A DNA stretch of 63,884 nt, the filler included, from Basidiobolus meristosporus CBS 931.73 (lineage: Eukaryota > Fungi > Basidiobolomycota), in the NCBI GenBank assembly GCA_002104905.1. It is 3 parts of 3 records of this genome, joined end to end, with 100 filler letters (N's around TTAATTAATTAA, not from the genome) between each part and the next. Parts side by side here need not be neighbours in the genome. Positions count along the whole stretch, not along the records: positions 1 to 29,303 come from MCFE01000870.1; positions 29,404 to 52,639 come from MCFE01000968.1; 1 more part is not named here. One strand, written 5' to 3'. Of the stretch, positions 20,786 through 34,639 are shown in pieces. A program made the translations under genes and the position numbers. A model generated the notes under the pieces. That model worked only from the letters and a program-made list of their open reading frames with translations. It was not told the DNA's origin and ran no database searches. The stretch's first letter is position 1, and every line of letters starts with the position of its first letter.

Positions 20786-22059
20786 CTAAGCTGCCTTCAC
20801 TTCCTCGACCACTCTTGCCAGCTTCTCCTTCACCGACTCGCTGACATCTACCTTCTTCTCACCTTTCACCAGATCGTCTTCCTCACTGCTGTCGACCTTT
20901 CTTGGGGTCACGACGCCGTCGGGATCCAGGTTCTGAGTGGATTCTTGATCGGAATCGGCCTCACCACTCGCTTTCGTATCCATCGCTTTCAGGAAAGTGG
21001 GCAGGTTGATTTTCTTTCCATTCGGGTACACCAGCTCTTGGGTGAACACATTACGCAACTTTCCGATGATCAAAGAGCTAAGCTTGGGCAGATCCTTGAC
21101 TTTGGTGTGGTGTCCGAGAAGGGATTTGATGTTGATCTGAAGGTCGAAGTCCGGTTGGATCGACACAAACAGGTAAGTGCTCTTGTCGGAATTTTCGGTG
21201 AACTCTATGTACAGCTACGAGAAATCAGGTCAGCTCTTCACTGCTGGAACTGGGATCCGCCGGATGACTACTTACAGTTCCGTTGAACTTGGCTACGGAC
21301 GCCACCAAGGAGACTGGCAATGCGGCTAGATATGCTTTAGGCCAGTTGACTAGGATCTGGGTGTCAATGCCGAGTGATATCTGATCATCGAATTCGAACG
21401 AGATCTCGGCACGCATCTTCGAACCGTCTTCCGAGGGTCGAATCCTTGCATCTTTGAACAAGGGGTATTCCGTTCCCAAGGATAATTCGGTCAGCGTGAT
21501 ATCTCCCTACAAGACGCGAACCGTTTAATGTTGAGCGTATCAGCCGAAGGGGGCGGTTGGCACCTCTTACCATGAAGTTCGGCTTGACACCGCTGTTTAG
21601 TGTTTCGTCAAATACCCGGATGAGTCTGCTGTTGGCCTGAGCCTCCCGACGTAGTTTGCTCAGGGTTTGGGCGAGCAACACGTTCAACCAGTCACACGAT
21701 TCCGCTGGGTGTTCCGTCGCGTTGTATGCGGTTTTGGCTAGGATCTCAGCGTCCAAAAAGGTTCTGGAATCTCTGTGAAGACGCTAGAAGATTGGTTCAA
21801 ATATTAAGTAGCTGTTCGGGAAACTCCGCCTTCCTGGCCAACGAACCTTCTCCTTCTCTGTCGCCTCCTTGTTGCGTTTCAGCAACTCGGACTTCCGGGA
21901 GATTCGGTCCCCATGAACGGGGTCTTCTAACAGTAGATATTTGACACAAACAACCACCAGTACCAAAATACTCAGTTGGCCAAGTAGGAGTCCCTTGGTA
22001 AAACTCCAGGTGGCCTGGGACACAGCTTGGCTTAGGTAATCACCCCATTCGGAGGACAT
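20786..22059 (-). CDS. MMM1: ERMES subunit Mmm1 (SMP-domain ER-mitochondria tether); multi-exon
   Basis: N-terminal TM WSFTKGLLLGQLSILVLVVVCVKYLL; HPAESCDWLNVLLAQ; SMP strands LGTEYPLFKDARI, DDQISLGIDTQILVNWPK, LPVSLVASV; HTKVKDLPKLSSLI. GT-AG introns separate the pieces. Confidence 0.92.
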
Positions 22060-23599
22060 TGTGAAGGAACGAGTTGTGCAGGTGTTGGTTTGAGTTGAGG
22101 TATGGCTGGAGGTAAATGTGCTGGCGTGAAGCTCAATTTGGTGGTAAAGTGGGAAGGAAAATTTTTAGATACTCGTTCGTGAGATGGATTTGCTATGCTG
22201 ACTATGTCATCCGAATCGATTTCAGCCGATGCTCACCCGCTTTCCTAATTTGGGAATCCTACCGATGCGCACGCAAGCCAGCCTCCTTGCCTGCTGTTCC
22301 AGTGAACTGCGCGGTCCCCGCTTCGATAACCACGCGGGCAGTGATTCGCTCAAGAAACGTCGTTTCCTAAGATGCCAGACGACAGATGCCCCACCAGATT
22401 GGACATGGGTGGTAGGCGCTTCAATCTGGCCGAAGTGGAGCCAGCGTTTGTCTAATCTACAAAGAATACGGGATGTCAGTTACTTCAAATGCATATCGGC
22501 TGTCAGTGTCAAGAGCTGAAGAAGCACCACGCAATAAATCAGTTTATGAATTACAATTAGCGTTGCCTTAATTTCCGTGTGAAGCTTGAGGACCAATAAT
22601 CCTCTATACACGTGACCATACCGCCATCAAATGTTTCTTGATCAGGTCGATTTGGGTACAGGAAGTGGAGCTGCAGGTGGTCTACTACATTAAAAAGGTA
22701 GAGTGGAGAAAATAGATGGTGATATCAAGCAAAAAGATACAGGGAAACTAGGCTGATTTGTGGTTGCTTGTATGATAGCTTCAATGCTTAGGCTGATGGA
22801 CTGGCAATTGTTGACCAATATCCTCAACCATACATGGCCTGCTGAACTTCTGAGGTTGTTGTGGTATCAGTGGTCTCTATTTCTTTCTCATTTCAAGAAC
22901 CATTATGGTGATGGCTGTTAGTTATCTCAGCTGTGCCATGGCACCTACACCTTGCAATGCTTCTGCTGGCAAACATTCCACATGGTGTATGCAAAGTCCT
23001 TTTTAAAAAGTTCCAACTTGATTTTCTTGTTGTATACATGATCTGGATGTTTTTAGTGCACACACTGAATGATAATTCTCCTGGCTTTAAGCCAAAATTT
23101 ATACCTGCTGGATATTGGAAGTGGAACTTGCTATCATTGCTCAAGTGATGGGTAGTGAGGTACTTCTTGTAACTACACCTACTTGCTGACTTGACCTGGT
23201 TACTAAGACCCAAGTCCACAAATCTTAGAGATTTCTGCCCAAATTCCTTAATGAGACATGCCAGAGAACATTTTATGTTTGGATACCTGTTGCTTTATTA
23301 AAACTACTCTTGATTGTTCAAACAGCCCTAAGCTTTGTGTTGTAAGAGTTTCAGAGATATTGAGAATGATATGGAGAACTAGTAGTTCATGAGTTTCACT
23401 TGGTTATTTAATGAATGTAAAAGCAGTATTTAATCTTTTACATAATTGTGGCAAGACAATCACATGGAATATGCTGACCAGCTTCTAAGAGTATGTGTGC
23501 AAGGTTTGACACTGCTTGGACAACTTTGAGATATTTCATATTTGGAGTGAATGATATTTTGGTGAGCATATTCCAAGTAAGTCCAAACAGGGAAGCATA

Positions 23600-24110
23600 G
23601 GCTTTTGGAAGGCTCTAAGCTCTATTGATTTGGTTCAGTTCTGACCAAGTTGAGGTTTGTCTCCAATGGAGTAGCTACTTGCTTACAGTCTTCTATGTGG
23701 TACTTCTTATGTATTGCTAGAATATACCAGAACTAACTGAATGTGATAGTCTAGATATTCTTGTTGATGGAAAACTGTATCCATCAGTATTACATGAGCT
23801 CTTCAAGCTTGGATAATTTGAGCTCCTTAGATAGGCTGCATATAGTCTCTTCCAATGCTCTTTGGCTAATGGTGGCTATAATGAAATTATCTACATATGC
23901 AGCTGATAGAACAGAATTTGCTATATTTGGCTTATAGTAGACAATATAGTCAGTAATACTTCTCTGAATACTTGAGGACTTGAGGTTGGAGTTCATCTTG
24001 CAATCCCAGGCTTGCACGGACTGATCATGCTGAGATTTTCTATTTCACCTCAATATTTATTGAAGGACTTCGATATTGAAAGAGACTGGGGGTACAAGTA
24101 TATTTGAAGT
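23600..24110 (-). mobile_element. Ty1/Copia reverse-transcriptase remnant
   Basis: QAWDCKMNSNLKSSSIQRSITDYIVYY...AAYVDNFIIA matches the Copia RT QAxRxW...YVDD region. Interrupted by stops and flanked by LTR fragments. Confidence 0.7.
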
Positions 24111-25829
24111 TTCCACTTGATGATTAGTATAATGCCAAAGTGCTACATTGACTTTTAGATGGTCTTGGCAAATCAAACATATAGAATATGCTTAGGAAGG
24201 TTCCAAAGACATTTATTTCAAGTGTGGGGCTGCTTGGACAACTTTGAGAAATTTCACCATTAGGTACCTGATATGATAATTAATATATCATGAGTGAATG
24301 ACTACAAGGATTTTGCTTGGAATTCTCTATGTTCTGTAGGTAATAATCCAAGTGACTAAGTTAGGTGAGTATTTAGCTGCAATTGCAAAATTTGCAACAA
24401 TTTTCATCCAACCTAGTCATATAGCTCATAGTGGACCACCTGGAGAATTCCAACCAAGCTCCTTGTTGGGATTTGCTTTTAAGGCTATCACCAAAAGCAT
24501 CAGATGGCTAGAGCATACAATATGTTAAGGTTGTCCATACAGCCTCCAGCTGTGCACACATGCTAGTGGAAACTTCCTAATCCTAATATGTGTTTTCATT
24601 GCCAAGACCATGTAAAGCTTAAATGCCACATTTACATCTTGTAAATCAATAAGTGAAGGCTGTTGTAAGAGTTTTGAGCACTTTGTGTCATGATCACATG
24701 ACATCCTTGACCTTTCATGATTTGACCAAATCAGGTTGGTGAAGAAATACCAGTTCCCTCTAGAAAGCTCTACCACATTCTAGCAACTTGTGGAAAGCTC
24801 CAAGTCAACATTACATAATGGAAAATTCTATGGAAGCTTCCCTTTGAAATTTATGTAGCTCAATACCATATATGGTTACTGCATGTCACATGACCTATTC
24901 ACATGATCAGCTGACTCTGGGCATATCCCCATGTGATGTTCTAATCTGTTGTTTAGTATACTTCTATCTTGGCACACTTATTGTTCCTCACCCTAGAACC
25001 CTGTCAGTATTGACCAATATCTCTTGGCATCCATATTGCCAAAAAGTATATATAGTTCTATCCTCCCTTATGTTTTCCTTAGTGTGATAAACACAGGTCT
25101 TGAATAAACAGCCTTGCCTTGGAGATCCACCTTGCCTTGTTGATCCACCCCTAAGTCCTTTCTTGGTCCTGCCTTGCCTAGCTCTACTCTCCTGCCTTGT
25201 GTCTATTCATAACACTTTAGAAGTGACAGAGAGAACAAGTAGGTTGTGTGATTTCACTTGATAATTTATTGCCTATATAAATATATCTCTACTTACAATA
25301 GGCTTTGCATGACAAACATGCAAAATATGTTCAGGAAGGTCCAAAGAGCATATGTGCAAGATATGGGGTTGTTTGGACAACTCTGCAATATTTCATGTCT
25401 TGGGTACACAATGTTTTGGTAAAAATAATCAAAACATATCCCAACAAGGGGTTTGAGTAGAATTCTGTGAGATTCACGGGCAACAATCTGGCTGAGTAAG
25501 GTAGGTGAGTATTTAGATGGAATTGCATGCATTATAACACTCCCACTCTGTAAAATATTCATATTGACTAGTCCTTATTGTGATCTGAGATATTTAAAGT
25601 TGTCTCTAGCTAGTGGTCTGGGAAATATGTCTGCAATAATTTCATATGCAGCTACATTAACTAAGCTACTTATAATAGCTTCACATATGAAAAAAAGACT
25701 TTCATGCATGTGCATAGACTTGGCATCAATACTTGAATTTATGCCAAACTGTATATATCCTTGATTATCTGGAGATAATATAGTAGGAGCACTTTGCAAA
25801 AAGCCTCAGCCTTAAAAAAGCTTTCTTAG

Positions 25830-27346
25830 CCACATTGCTTCTTTCTTATTCTCAGAGGCTGCCTTCTCAAATATCTTGAAATTGGTCCTTTGGAGTAAAG
25901 AAAGGTTTATGCTATGGTGGATCTTCTGCCTTCTGCATATTGTCCCAATTAGTATCATGGTGTCCCACAAGATTTTGTTCTGAGCCCACATAAATGCACC
26001 TTAAGCATATACTGGCAGAGATATCCAGACATGTATCAAAATTACTAGGAGAGTCTTGGCTTTCAGATAGCACCAAGCACTCTTGATGTGATTGAGTTTT
26101 GAACAAGCTAAGGTCTGACTCCATTGGGGTAGCTGCTAGCTGACAGACTTCCACTTGGTGCTCTTTAAGTATAACTTGGGTATTCCTGGACTGGCTTAGG
26201 GTGATATTCAGGGTACATCTGTGTAAGGAGAACTTTAGGACTCAATAGTAATCCTATAAAAAACAATAGTGATGATCCTGTCAAAAGGCTGTCACAAAAT
26301 TTAGATTCTGTGACTAAGAGGTGTGGATACCATTGGGATATGTATCTCTTGGTGGCAAAGGCACCAATGTCATATTGTCTGTTGCCAGGGCCACTGGTGC
26401 TCACTGCATGTGCCCCACTACAGGAATCAACAGTTAACTTTCTGATTGCTGAGTCAGAATTCTGGAATAAGGCTCTCATCCCTCCTCTTTGGAAATTGGT
26501 GGGAATCCTCCTTCCTTCTTTGTCAGCAAGTAATTCATCAGCATCAAACTGTACAGTTTCATCTCTTAGCAGCTGACTAAGCTCTGAGCACTCTCTTCTA
26601 GCATGTTGAATAGAGTCACACCAGATACAGTGTCTGAGCAATGGCCTTTGGCCCTCAGTAGCCACTTCAGCTCAGCCATTAGTCTTGAGGGCTAGCTGTT
26701 GCAGCTGCTCAGCAAGTTGATTAATTCTGTTGGTAGTGTAGGTTTGCTTGTCAAAGGCAGCACTTCCTGACTACTTGGCTGACTGGTCTGGTAGATTAGA
26801 TTTTGAGAGTCTCATAAAGGTGGAAGTCTGTTTTGCCTCTAGGAGAGCACATTTCATCTCTGCAAAGCATTAAATGCCAGATTTGTCATACTTGGCTGCA
26901 TGTAGGTCAACTTTCTTTGCCAAGTCCTGGGGAAGTCCCTGGGCAAGGCAAAGTGTCATAGTAAGCTCAGTTATGGCCTGCAACTCTAGGGGTGGATTGG
27001 CCATGTCTTCATGCTGTAGAATGAATTTTTCAAGAGGTAACTTGGAAAGTCCAGTCCTTCCAAAGTGTCTCAGGTCATTGATTCCATAGTATATAAGGCA
27101 TCTACCATGCTCAGTTTGTAGTTAGGGCTTCATTAAGGTCTAGTCAGTGAGAATGCCTCCTTATCTGAGAAGCTTAGTGGTAATATGGTCAGTGCAGTAG
27201 TATGGGAATTCTTCAGCAATATCTTGTTCAGAGAGGCTGAACATCTTGCAAAGCTTCTCCCACTGGTATATGAAGCTTTCCACATTCTTTCCATCATACT
27301 GTGGGGCTTCATGTGAGAGTGGGTATGGCATAAAATACATGTTCAC
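25830..27346 (-). mobile_element. Gypsy gag-protease remnant
   Basis: Gag N-terminus APQYDGKNVESFIYQWEKLC; CCHC knuckle CIWCDSIQHARREC followed by RRIPTNFQRGGMRALF; degenerate aspartyl-protease-like motif CIYVGSEQNLV. Multiple stops. Confidence 0.75.
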
Positions 27347-28689
27347 TAGGTAGGTTGGTGTTGTAATCTTGCTAATACTGATAATCTCCTTTCAATTAGT
27401 GGATAATGGCTTAAATTGTCTGATAAATTTTGTTGGGTCCTAGGGAGTTTGTATGAGCCCCCCATGCCGGGTGCCAAATATGTGGTGGTGCATAGTACAA
27501 GGGCAAGACATGTCCAACACTTCTCAAGTGTTTTGTGTATGGGGTGCTCACTGGGTGCAATAACCTCTGGCAAAAGTGTGCTAGGAGTACTTGGGTTCTG
27601 TTTCTAATATAATGTGATGGGGAAGAAAGCCACATACTTGCCAAGGGAAAAACTATTGAGCTACAATCCCCAACTTGGTTGGTGTCTCAACAAAAGTATG
27701 TGCTGGGTTCAGTGTCCTTTGAGATGCAAATGAACTAAAGCTTCCAAAGTCAAAACAACTGTACACTCCTCCAGCAGGGACTTGATAAGAATGCAGCTGT
27801 GGTTCATAGTTACAAAGACAGAAAATTATCTTTGCCTGTGCAAGAACAAGCTTAGGAAAAAATCAAATATAATAAAAGATACCTATTCTAAGTATTCGTC
27901 ACAACTAGTGCCTCCAAGGTCAGTTGGCTGTCAGAGTGGTTTCCTAGGAGTATCCTGTGGTTTGGAATTAGAAGTTCCGGTAGCAGTAGGTAGCACTGAT
28001 AACACTAATCAACAAGTTGGTATATTGATAAAAGGGATGATGTTTTATTGTTGGGGGATTGCCTTCCCTATATACTTCTCTCACTGGCTTAGTGATTACT
28101 AATCATGCTGTTCTGGAAGGTTCTGGATATCAATAGAACTCTGAATGACATCAGAATAGGCCAAGAATTTTTAAGTAGATGCTGGAAGGTTCCAAGAGGT
28201 ACAGCACATCCATCCAATTCAGGGATCAGTATTCTAAAACCTGTGTGACATTGGGATACAATATATGGAATGAGAATGGTAGAGATAGTAACACAACTTG
28301 ATCATGTTTTACAGGTCTTAGTGCAGGCACTTGCCTGATATGGAAGTACTTACACCTAATAACCTTACATCAAGTGAGAGATAACTTGTACAATAAATAA
28401 TCAGGTCTCATACTCAACTGGCTTATGCAATACTACTGATCAGATAAGACAAATGGGATAAAATTCAAATAAGTGTAGCAGAGAAATAGGGAAGTAAACA
28501 ATATGAGAATGGCCACATCTGTCAGTGGGTGTCAGTGTGACCCCATTACAGCCCTTACACCCCTATTTTCTGACACATTCTTTACCACATCAGCCCTCCC
28601 AATGATATATATAAATTTGGATTCAGTCATGTGGAGAAAAGGAAATATATTTGATTCAATAATCATAAATCTTTACCACCTCCTTACCT

Positions 28690-29010
28690 CCTGCTAGAAG
28701 CTATTGTGAGCCAAGTGGCCCTGAATTGACCTACAAGCTCTCCCAACTAGCACGCACAGCTGGTATTTACTGACACATCTAGTGCTATCTTGGCAGAAAT
28801 AGCATATGTGCAGACAAGACTACCACTGATGAACTGAAAGAGAGCAAAGGAAAGAGATAGAATGCCCCTGAGTGGTTTGATATGTTTGAGAGGGTTGTGG
28901 TCAAAGCAGGATGGGATAACAATGGAAAAGTGAGGGAGTTTGCAAGACATATGGATGGGTCAGCATAGCATAACATTGTGGGCTGGAAGATACACTCTAA
29001 GGCAGCTGGA
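28690..29010 (+). mobile_element. Gypsy gag fragment, same family as 32350-32900
   Basis: Visible nucleotide similarity to 32350-32680 (gaagctattgtga..., gagtggtttgat..., gtgagggagtttgcaagacatatgga). Confidence 0.65.
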
Positions 29011-29303
29011 ATGCGCTAACAGAGGCCCACAAGTCTTGCATTCAATATGCCAACAAGAATTACTCCCTGTGAGAGATAATATGGTCCTGCATGTGGATCC
29101 AATCCAGATCAGCCATCAGGATCCCACAAGGAATCCCTTACAGTGCCAGCTGCATGGAGTTATTGACCTTCCATATGACCTTCATTTACTTCAGCAGACC
29201 CAGCTGGCTGGTACATCCAATTGCCTAATTTGACGAGAAACTTGATGATATTTTGGTGGCCTCATTGCTGACATCCACTGGCATTATCACAGCAGTACAG
29301 TGA

Positions 29304-29403
29304 NNNNNNNNNNNNNNNNNNNNNNNNNNNNNNNNNNNNNNNNNNNNTTAATTAATTAANNNNNNNNNNNNNNNNNNNNNNNNNNNNNNNNNNNNNNNNN
29401 NNN
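29304..29403. other. Assembly gap with artificial TTAATTAATTAA spacer
   Basis: N-run with TTAATTAATTAA at 29348-29359; the same 100-nt N-run and spacer recur at 52640-52739. Confidence 0.95.
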
Positions 29404-29569
29404 AGGTTCCAACAGGCACAGCACATTCAACAAGTCAGGAATCGGTAGTCTGAAACCTGTACAACATAGAAATACCATATATGGTATTGAAATGGTAGGG
29501 ATGATAACACAGACCTAGGTCATGTGTCACAGGTACTGATGCGGGTACTTGCCTTATGTAGATACATAT

Positions 29570-29763
29570 ACTGATCACAAAGCTGAATAACATCTGAGAT
29601 AACTAATGCTAATAACTAATCAGTGTAAACATCATATGAGAATAATACTGATAATATGGGCAAAAGAAGAATGGGATAATACTGATAAGATAAAATATGG
29701 ATAAGTATTTTATAATGGCTATATGAATAAACTTGTCTGTGGGAGGTATGTTTACCCTGACAC
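29570..29763 (+). repeat. LTR-like dispersed repeat, second copy at ~34081-34278
   Basis: Shared text actgatcac...agctgaataacatctg...taactaatgctaataactaatcag...aataaac...ggaggtatgtttaccct. Confidence 0.7.
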
Positions 29764-32349
29764 ACCTGACTGGAAAAGGCAATGTCAGATCCGTTTTAGT
29801 TCTTGCCAAATAATTTCAGTATGGCCCAAGTGTCTATTATGAGCCTTCATACAGATATTTGGGCACTACTCATTAATCTAGCAGAACTAGATACCTTGGA
29901 GAGTTGACAGAGATGGAAGAACCTGAGTAGAAAGCTGTGGCATGAGTTCTACATCAAGATGCCAGCAGATGTATGTAAGAAGATATATAACAAGACTAGT
30001 ACTGAAATCAAGAATGAGCTGAGAGTGAGGGGATTTGATGAGGATGCTGTGTGGGAACAATTTTGCATGCAATTTGCACAGTATGGCCAGACGCATCCAT
30101 TTGTGCCTCAACTTTGGGAACCAAAGAGATTTTAAATGAGTTTTTGCCTCAAATGACTAATGTATTACGTGATATATTAGTAGAGCTAAGTGGCTTCCAA
30201 GAGCAATATACACAGGACTCATCCAGGCAACAGTTGCAAAGTACTAGACAGAGGGTAAGTGAATACCTTGAGGAATTGGAAGGTGAGCTTCAAGAGGAGG
30301 AATACAGACCGCAAGCAACATCTTCTAGATTGCACCAGCACACCTTGCTGAATTCCCTACCATCCCTTGCAACTTCAGCATGCCAAAGCACGTCAGTCCA
30401 AACTATGCCAACACCCTTCACAAGAGCACCCTGCATTGACTCAACATGTATTGGGTCAACATGCATGCTTCAAAGCAAAACCACCTGAACCCACCAAACT
30501 GCTCAAAAAGACACAAGTCCATTGGAGCGGGCCAAGTTGCGTCCACAAGCGGCATCACATCAAACTCAGCCAAGGGCCATGCCGGTGCATCAAGTTGTGT
30601 CTGTGCATGCCATTACACCTGACCATCAGCAAGTTTCTTCTGGTGAGCTGACAGATGATGACCCATGTGAAGTGCCTCCACCACCAGAGCCTTTGATTAG
30701 TAAAAGAATGTGTCAGCATGTAGCACCTGCAGGCCAGCTCAGTTCCATCATCTGGAGCAATTCAGCACGGCCAAGCTGCAGCATTGCACTCATCAACTAG
30801 GAGGCAAAATACTGACTACAAATACACAAGTAGCCAAGAGGATAGTCAACAAGAAAGTAGTTTAGGTGTGCAAAGTGAATCACTACCAAATGCTTCAGTA
30901 GTAATCCTTGTGAGAAAAAGCGTAGGAGAAGATGATGCGATTGCATTGAATTGCTATTATTTGTAATGATCTAAACAATACATTTTTTTTGCAACCTACA
31001 TCAAGCCATTGCAAATCAGTGATCACTAAATTTCTGATATAAGCAATATTAAGGTTGTCTCACATTTGAGACAGGACCCGTATAATTAAGCACCCTGCAT
31101 ATGTATACATCATCTGTGGCACCAGTGCAGCCATTTGATCTGATTTGCACCCATACAATTGGTTGCATGCTAGCTATGACACCTTGTACAATCACTAGGA
31201 TCAGGGATTTACTTGCTTAATGGGCAAAATGGGATACTTGATGGCAAATCAGGTAGCTTGTGTATTGGTCAAAGTGCCAATTGGGGGCTGAAAGCTTCAG
31301 GATACTCTTTGACCAATTAACCTCTGAGATACCATCCAATTAGAGTGATGGTAGCCAAAATGGTAAGTATCAGTGTAGTTTATAGTGTGATACGCATTTA
31401 TTTCCATTTACAGTAAAGAAACATATCCAAATACTGGATTTTACCTACCATAATAGTGGTATCCAATTGCGCACGTGATGCAAACATTACAAGTGGGTGC
31501 AATCATTTGTGCCAACCTTATTGTGTCAGATTGTGCCATTGTGTGCAAGATTGTCCCACATGGTGCAAAATTGTCCAAGAGCAATCCTGCCTACTTGTAG
31601 CTACAATATTGCGCCTGATTGCTCTTAGAGACCGCAGATTGCACCACGCACCCTGGTATGGTACAATGGAACAAGTCTACTACATACAGAACTAGCTCTA
31701 GGCCACCATACAGCCTTGATAATGCTATCAGAGACCTGCAATAAGGCTATCAAAATACTGTCAAGTTTTTTGCCACACAGGATAATTGGATGCACTGGCC
31801 AGTTAAATCCACTCTGATAGTAGTAGAACTCACTCAGATCACAACAATGTGATGCAACCTTTGGCAAAATGCCATACAGACACCTTTATGCTTTTTACTT
31901 CATTTGGCTCCAAAATTAGCCAAACACCATTGTGATCTAGCTATAAGATTGTATAGATGGTAATCAATTCCAAGCTGCTGATATTATTGCGGTCTCCTGA
32001 TGGGATCTTGATGGCTGATCTGGATTGGATCCACCAGTGGGACCAAATTGCTTTGATAGGGAATAGTATGTGAGTACTAAATATAATACCCACACTTTGC
32101 CAAAGGGTTCCCCCAGAATCCAACCCAAAGTCTCCCCAGTATCCTCCAATGGGTCCCTCCTACATCCTTACTCCTATTCATGTCCTTACCTAGTTAGAAC
32201 ACTTATCATCACAGGAAGGTGTTCACACCCCTATTGAATAACAAATTGTCTATCACCTAAGCACCTTGCAGTGAGATATATCCATATATATCCTATTAAG
32301 ACAAGTTGAGAGGGACAAATTTTTTGACATAATAAACATAAGTCTTTAT

Positions 32350-34080
32350 TACCTTGCAACCTTTATTGGAAGCTATTGTGAACAAAGTGGTACTGACTTG
32401 ACCTACAAGATCTCCCAACTACCAAGTGCAGTCAGTAATAAGCTACAGATTTGGTGACGTCTCTGCGGAGATAAGCACAAGTGAGGTACTGACTACTACA
32501 ATCAAACTGGGAGCATACACAGTGAAGAGAGAGAAAGCCCTTGAGTGGTTTGATAAGTTTGAGAGAGTTGCGGTTGACACAGGATGGGACCACAATAAGA
32601 AAGTAAGGGAGTTTGCAAGACATATGGAAGGATCAGCATGGCAATGGCATTATGGGTTACAAGATGCAATTAAAGGTGACTGGGATGCACTGGAAGGAGC
32701 CTACAAGACACACTTTCTGTATTCCAAAGTGTACCACTATGAAGCCCTTCTACTTTTCTCACAAACAAAGCAGTGAAAGCTACAAAGCCTACACTAAACT
32801 ACTTCTGAAACAAGTTTGATGTCTCTCAAAGGACAAAATTGCCAAACAACATCTCATGAGGTATTACATCATGGGCTTAGATGACAAAATAAGACTCAGG
32901 GTTTCCAAAGAGCAACAAGGATGTTAAATGCTGCAAGAGTTAGTCAAACAAGTAAGTGGGGTCATCCTGCTATGAGGGCTACCCTATAGTGACACAGGTG
33001 TCTGAAGAACAGGGATCCCTCATAAGAAAGGAAAAATTATCCCCCAAAAGACTGTGAGTTAAAGGAATTACAACATAAAGTACAAGAACTCTTAATCAAT
33101 AATGTCCAAGAAGTCCCCATAGAAGGCAATAAGCTCTGGGAAGCTGTTGTAGATCTAAAGGCCCAGGTACAAGCCTTGACACAACAGATGGAACAACCAC
33201 AATAACAGTATTATGATAAGTATGCAAAGAAGTAGGACACAGAGCCCACAAATGTGAAAAGTGGTATGGACTGGAATCTGTACTAGAGACAAAGGATAAG
33301 AAGATGTCTAAACACAGAGTCCCTTGCATCATGGCCAACAGGACTTGACCAATTTAGGCCCTCTGGTTAGAACAGTCAAAGTGCAGAAGAGGAAGCTTTG
33401 ACATGATGCTTCTTGAGGGGAGGCAAAGGAACCTACAGTAGAGGTTTCTTCAAAGAGAAAGAACATGAAAGTGAGGAAGAAGTAGAGGATGAGCCTTGGA
33501 AAGAAGTACTGAAGCAAACTAGAAATGCCAGTATGTCCTCCTGCAGCCTACTCCCTATAATGAGGGTACTACAGCAAACCAAGGCAACCCTCCCAATAAC
33601 CTATATACTGGGACTTGCCCTGACTCTAGTCAAAAGGTTGTTAGAGGGATTGAAGGAGATAACAGCCCTTCATGTCTGCCAGACAGTCCTACAAAAGCCA
33701 AATAAGGGTACATAGGTAAAGGTATGTATAGAGAATAAGGAGATTGTTGCCCACATTGATGCAGAATCCTCTACATTGATTATGTTAGAGTTGTTAGCAA
33801 AACATCTCAAATTAGACATAGTCCCCAATGACATTATTTGAGTATGGCCAGCAAATGACCAAGTAAACACAACAGTAGGCATGGTACCTAATTGCCCCAT
33901 CTGGCTAGGCAACCTGATTATACACCAAGATGCTATGGTCCTACCTGTTGCAGCCAGCAACCTACTTATTGGCAAGAGTTGGTTTGTCCAACATAAGATG
34001 GACATACTCTACAGTGCATCTGAGCTCAGGTTGGAAACTAGGAGTATCCCACTGATTCAAATCACCAAGGAGACCAAGGC
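32350..34080 (+). mobile_element. Gypsy gag-protease remnant
   Basis: Retrotransposon-gag-like LEWFDKFERVAVDTGWD...MEGSAWQW...WDALEGAYKTHF. Protease-like region VAHIDAESSTLIM...LPVAASNLLIGKSWF at ~33720-34050. Confidence 0.7.
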
Positions 34081-34639
34081 ACTGATCACTGAGCTGAATA
34101 ACATCTGGGATAACTAATGCTAATAACTAATCAGGGTGAACATCATATAGGGATAATACTAATAATAATGACAAAACAGGTGTAGGATAACACTGATAAG
34201 ATAAGATATGGATAAGTGCATCATAGTAGCTATATGAATAAACCTGTCTGTTGGAGGTATGTTTACCCTACCACAACAGCCTTTTGACATGATTATCACA
34301 ATGATTTTTCATTGGGACTGCCAATAGAGGTTTGCAATGAGGCTGTCAGAACACTGTCAAGTCTCTTGCCATGCAAGGCAATTGGATGTATTGGCTAGTT
34401 ATGTCTGCTTAAATAAATGTAGAGTGTATCAAGACTGTTTAAATGCCATGCAATTATTGTCAAAAGACTGCTGAATCACTGTCAAGTCTTAAGCTTTTTT
34501 TTGGTAGCTGGACTCAGTTTGAGTTTTAAATATCTGATACTGGATTATTGATCAAAATGGTGCTCATGTTGCTTTGGGTATCAGAGGTCAGAATCCATAC
34601 AAGTTGACTTGCATTCCATCATATCTGGAAGCCATCACA

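Noticed and set aside
29348-29359. TTAATTAATTAA embedded in N-runs (also 52684-52695)
   Set aside because: Same 12-mer inside a 100-nt N-run at both gaps, with stop codons in all six frames: an artificial scaffolding spacer, not biology.
32350-34280. gag-protease followed directly by an LTR-like repeat, suggesting a TR-GAG/LARD-type non-autonomous element
   Set aside because: No matching 5' LTR or TSD could be tied to this gag; truncation by a separate insertion explains it equally well.
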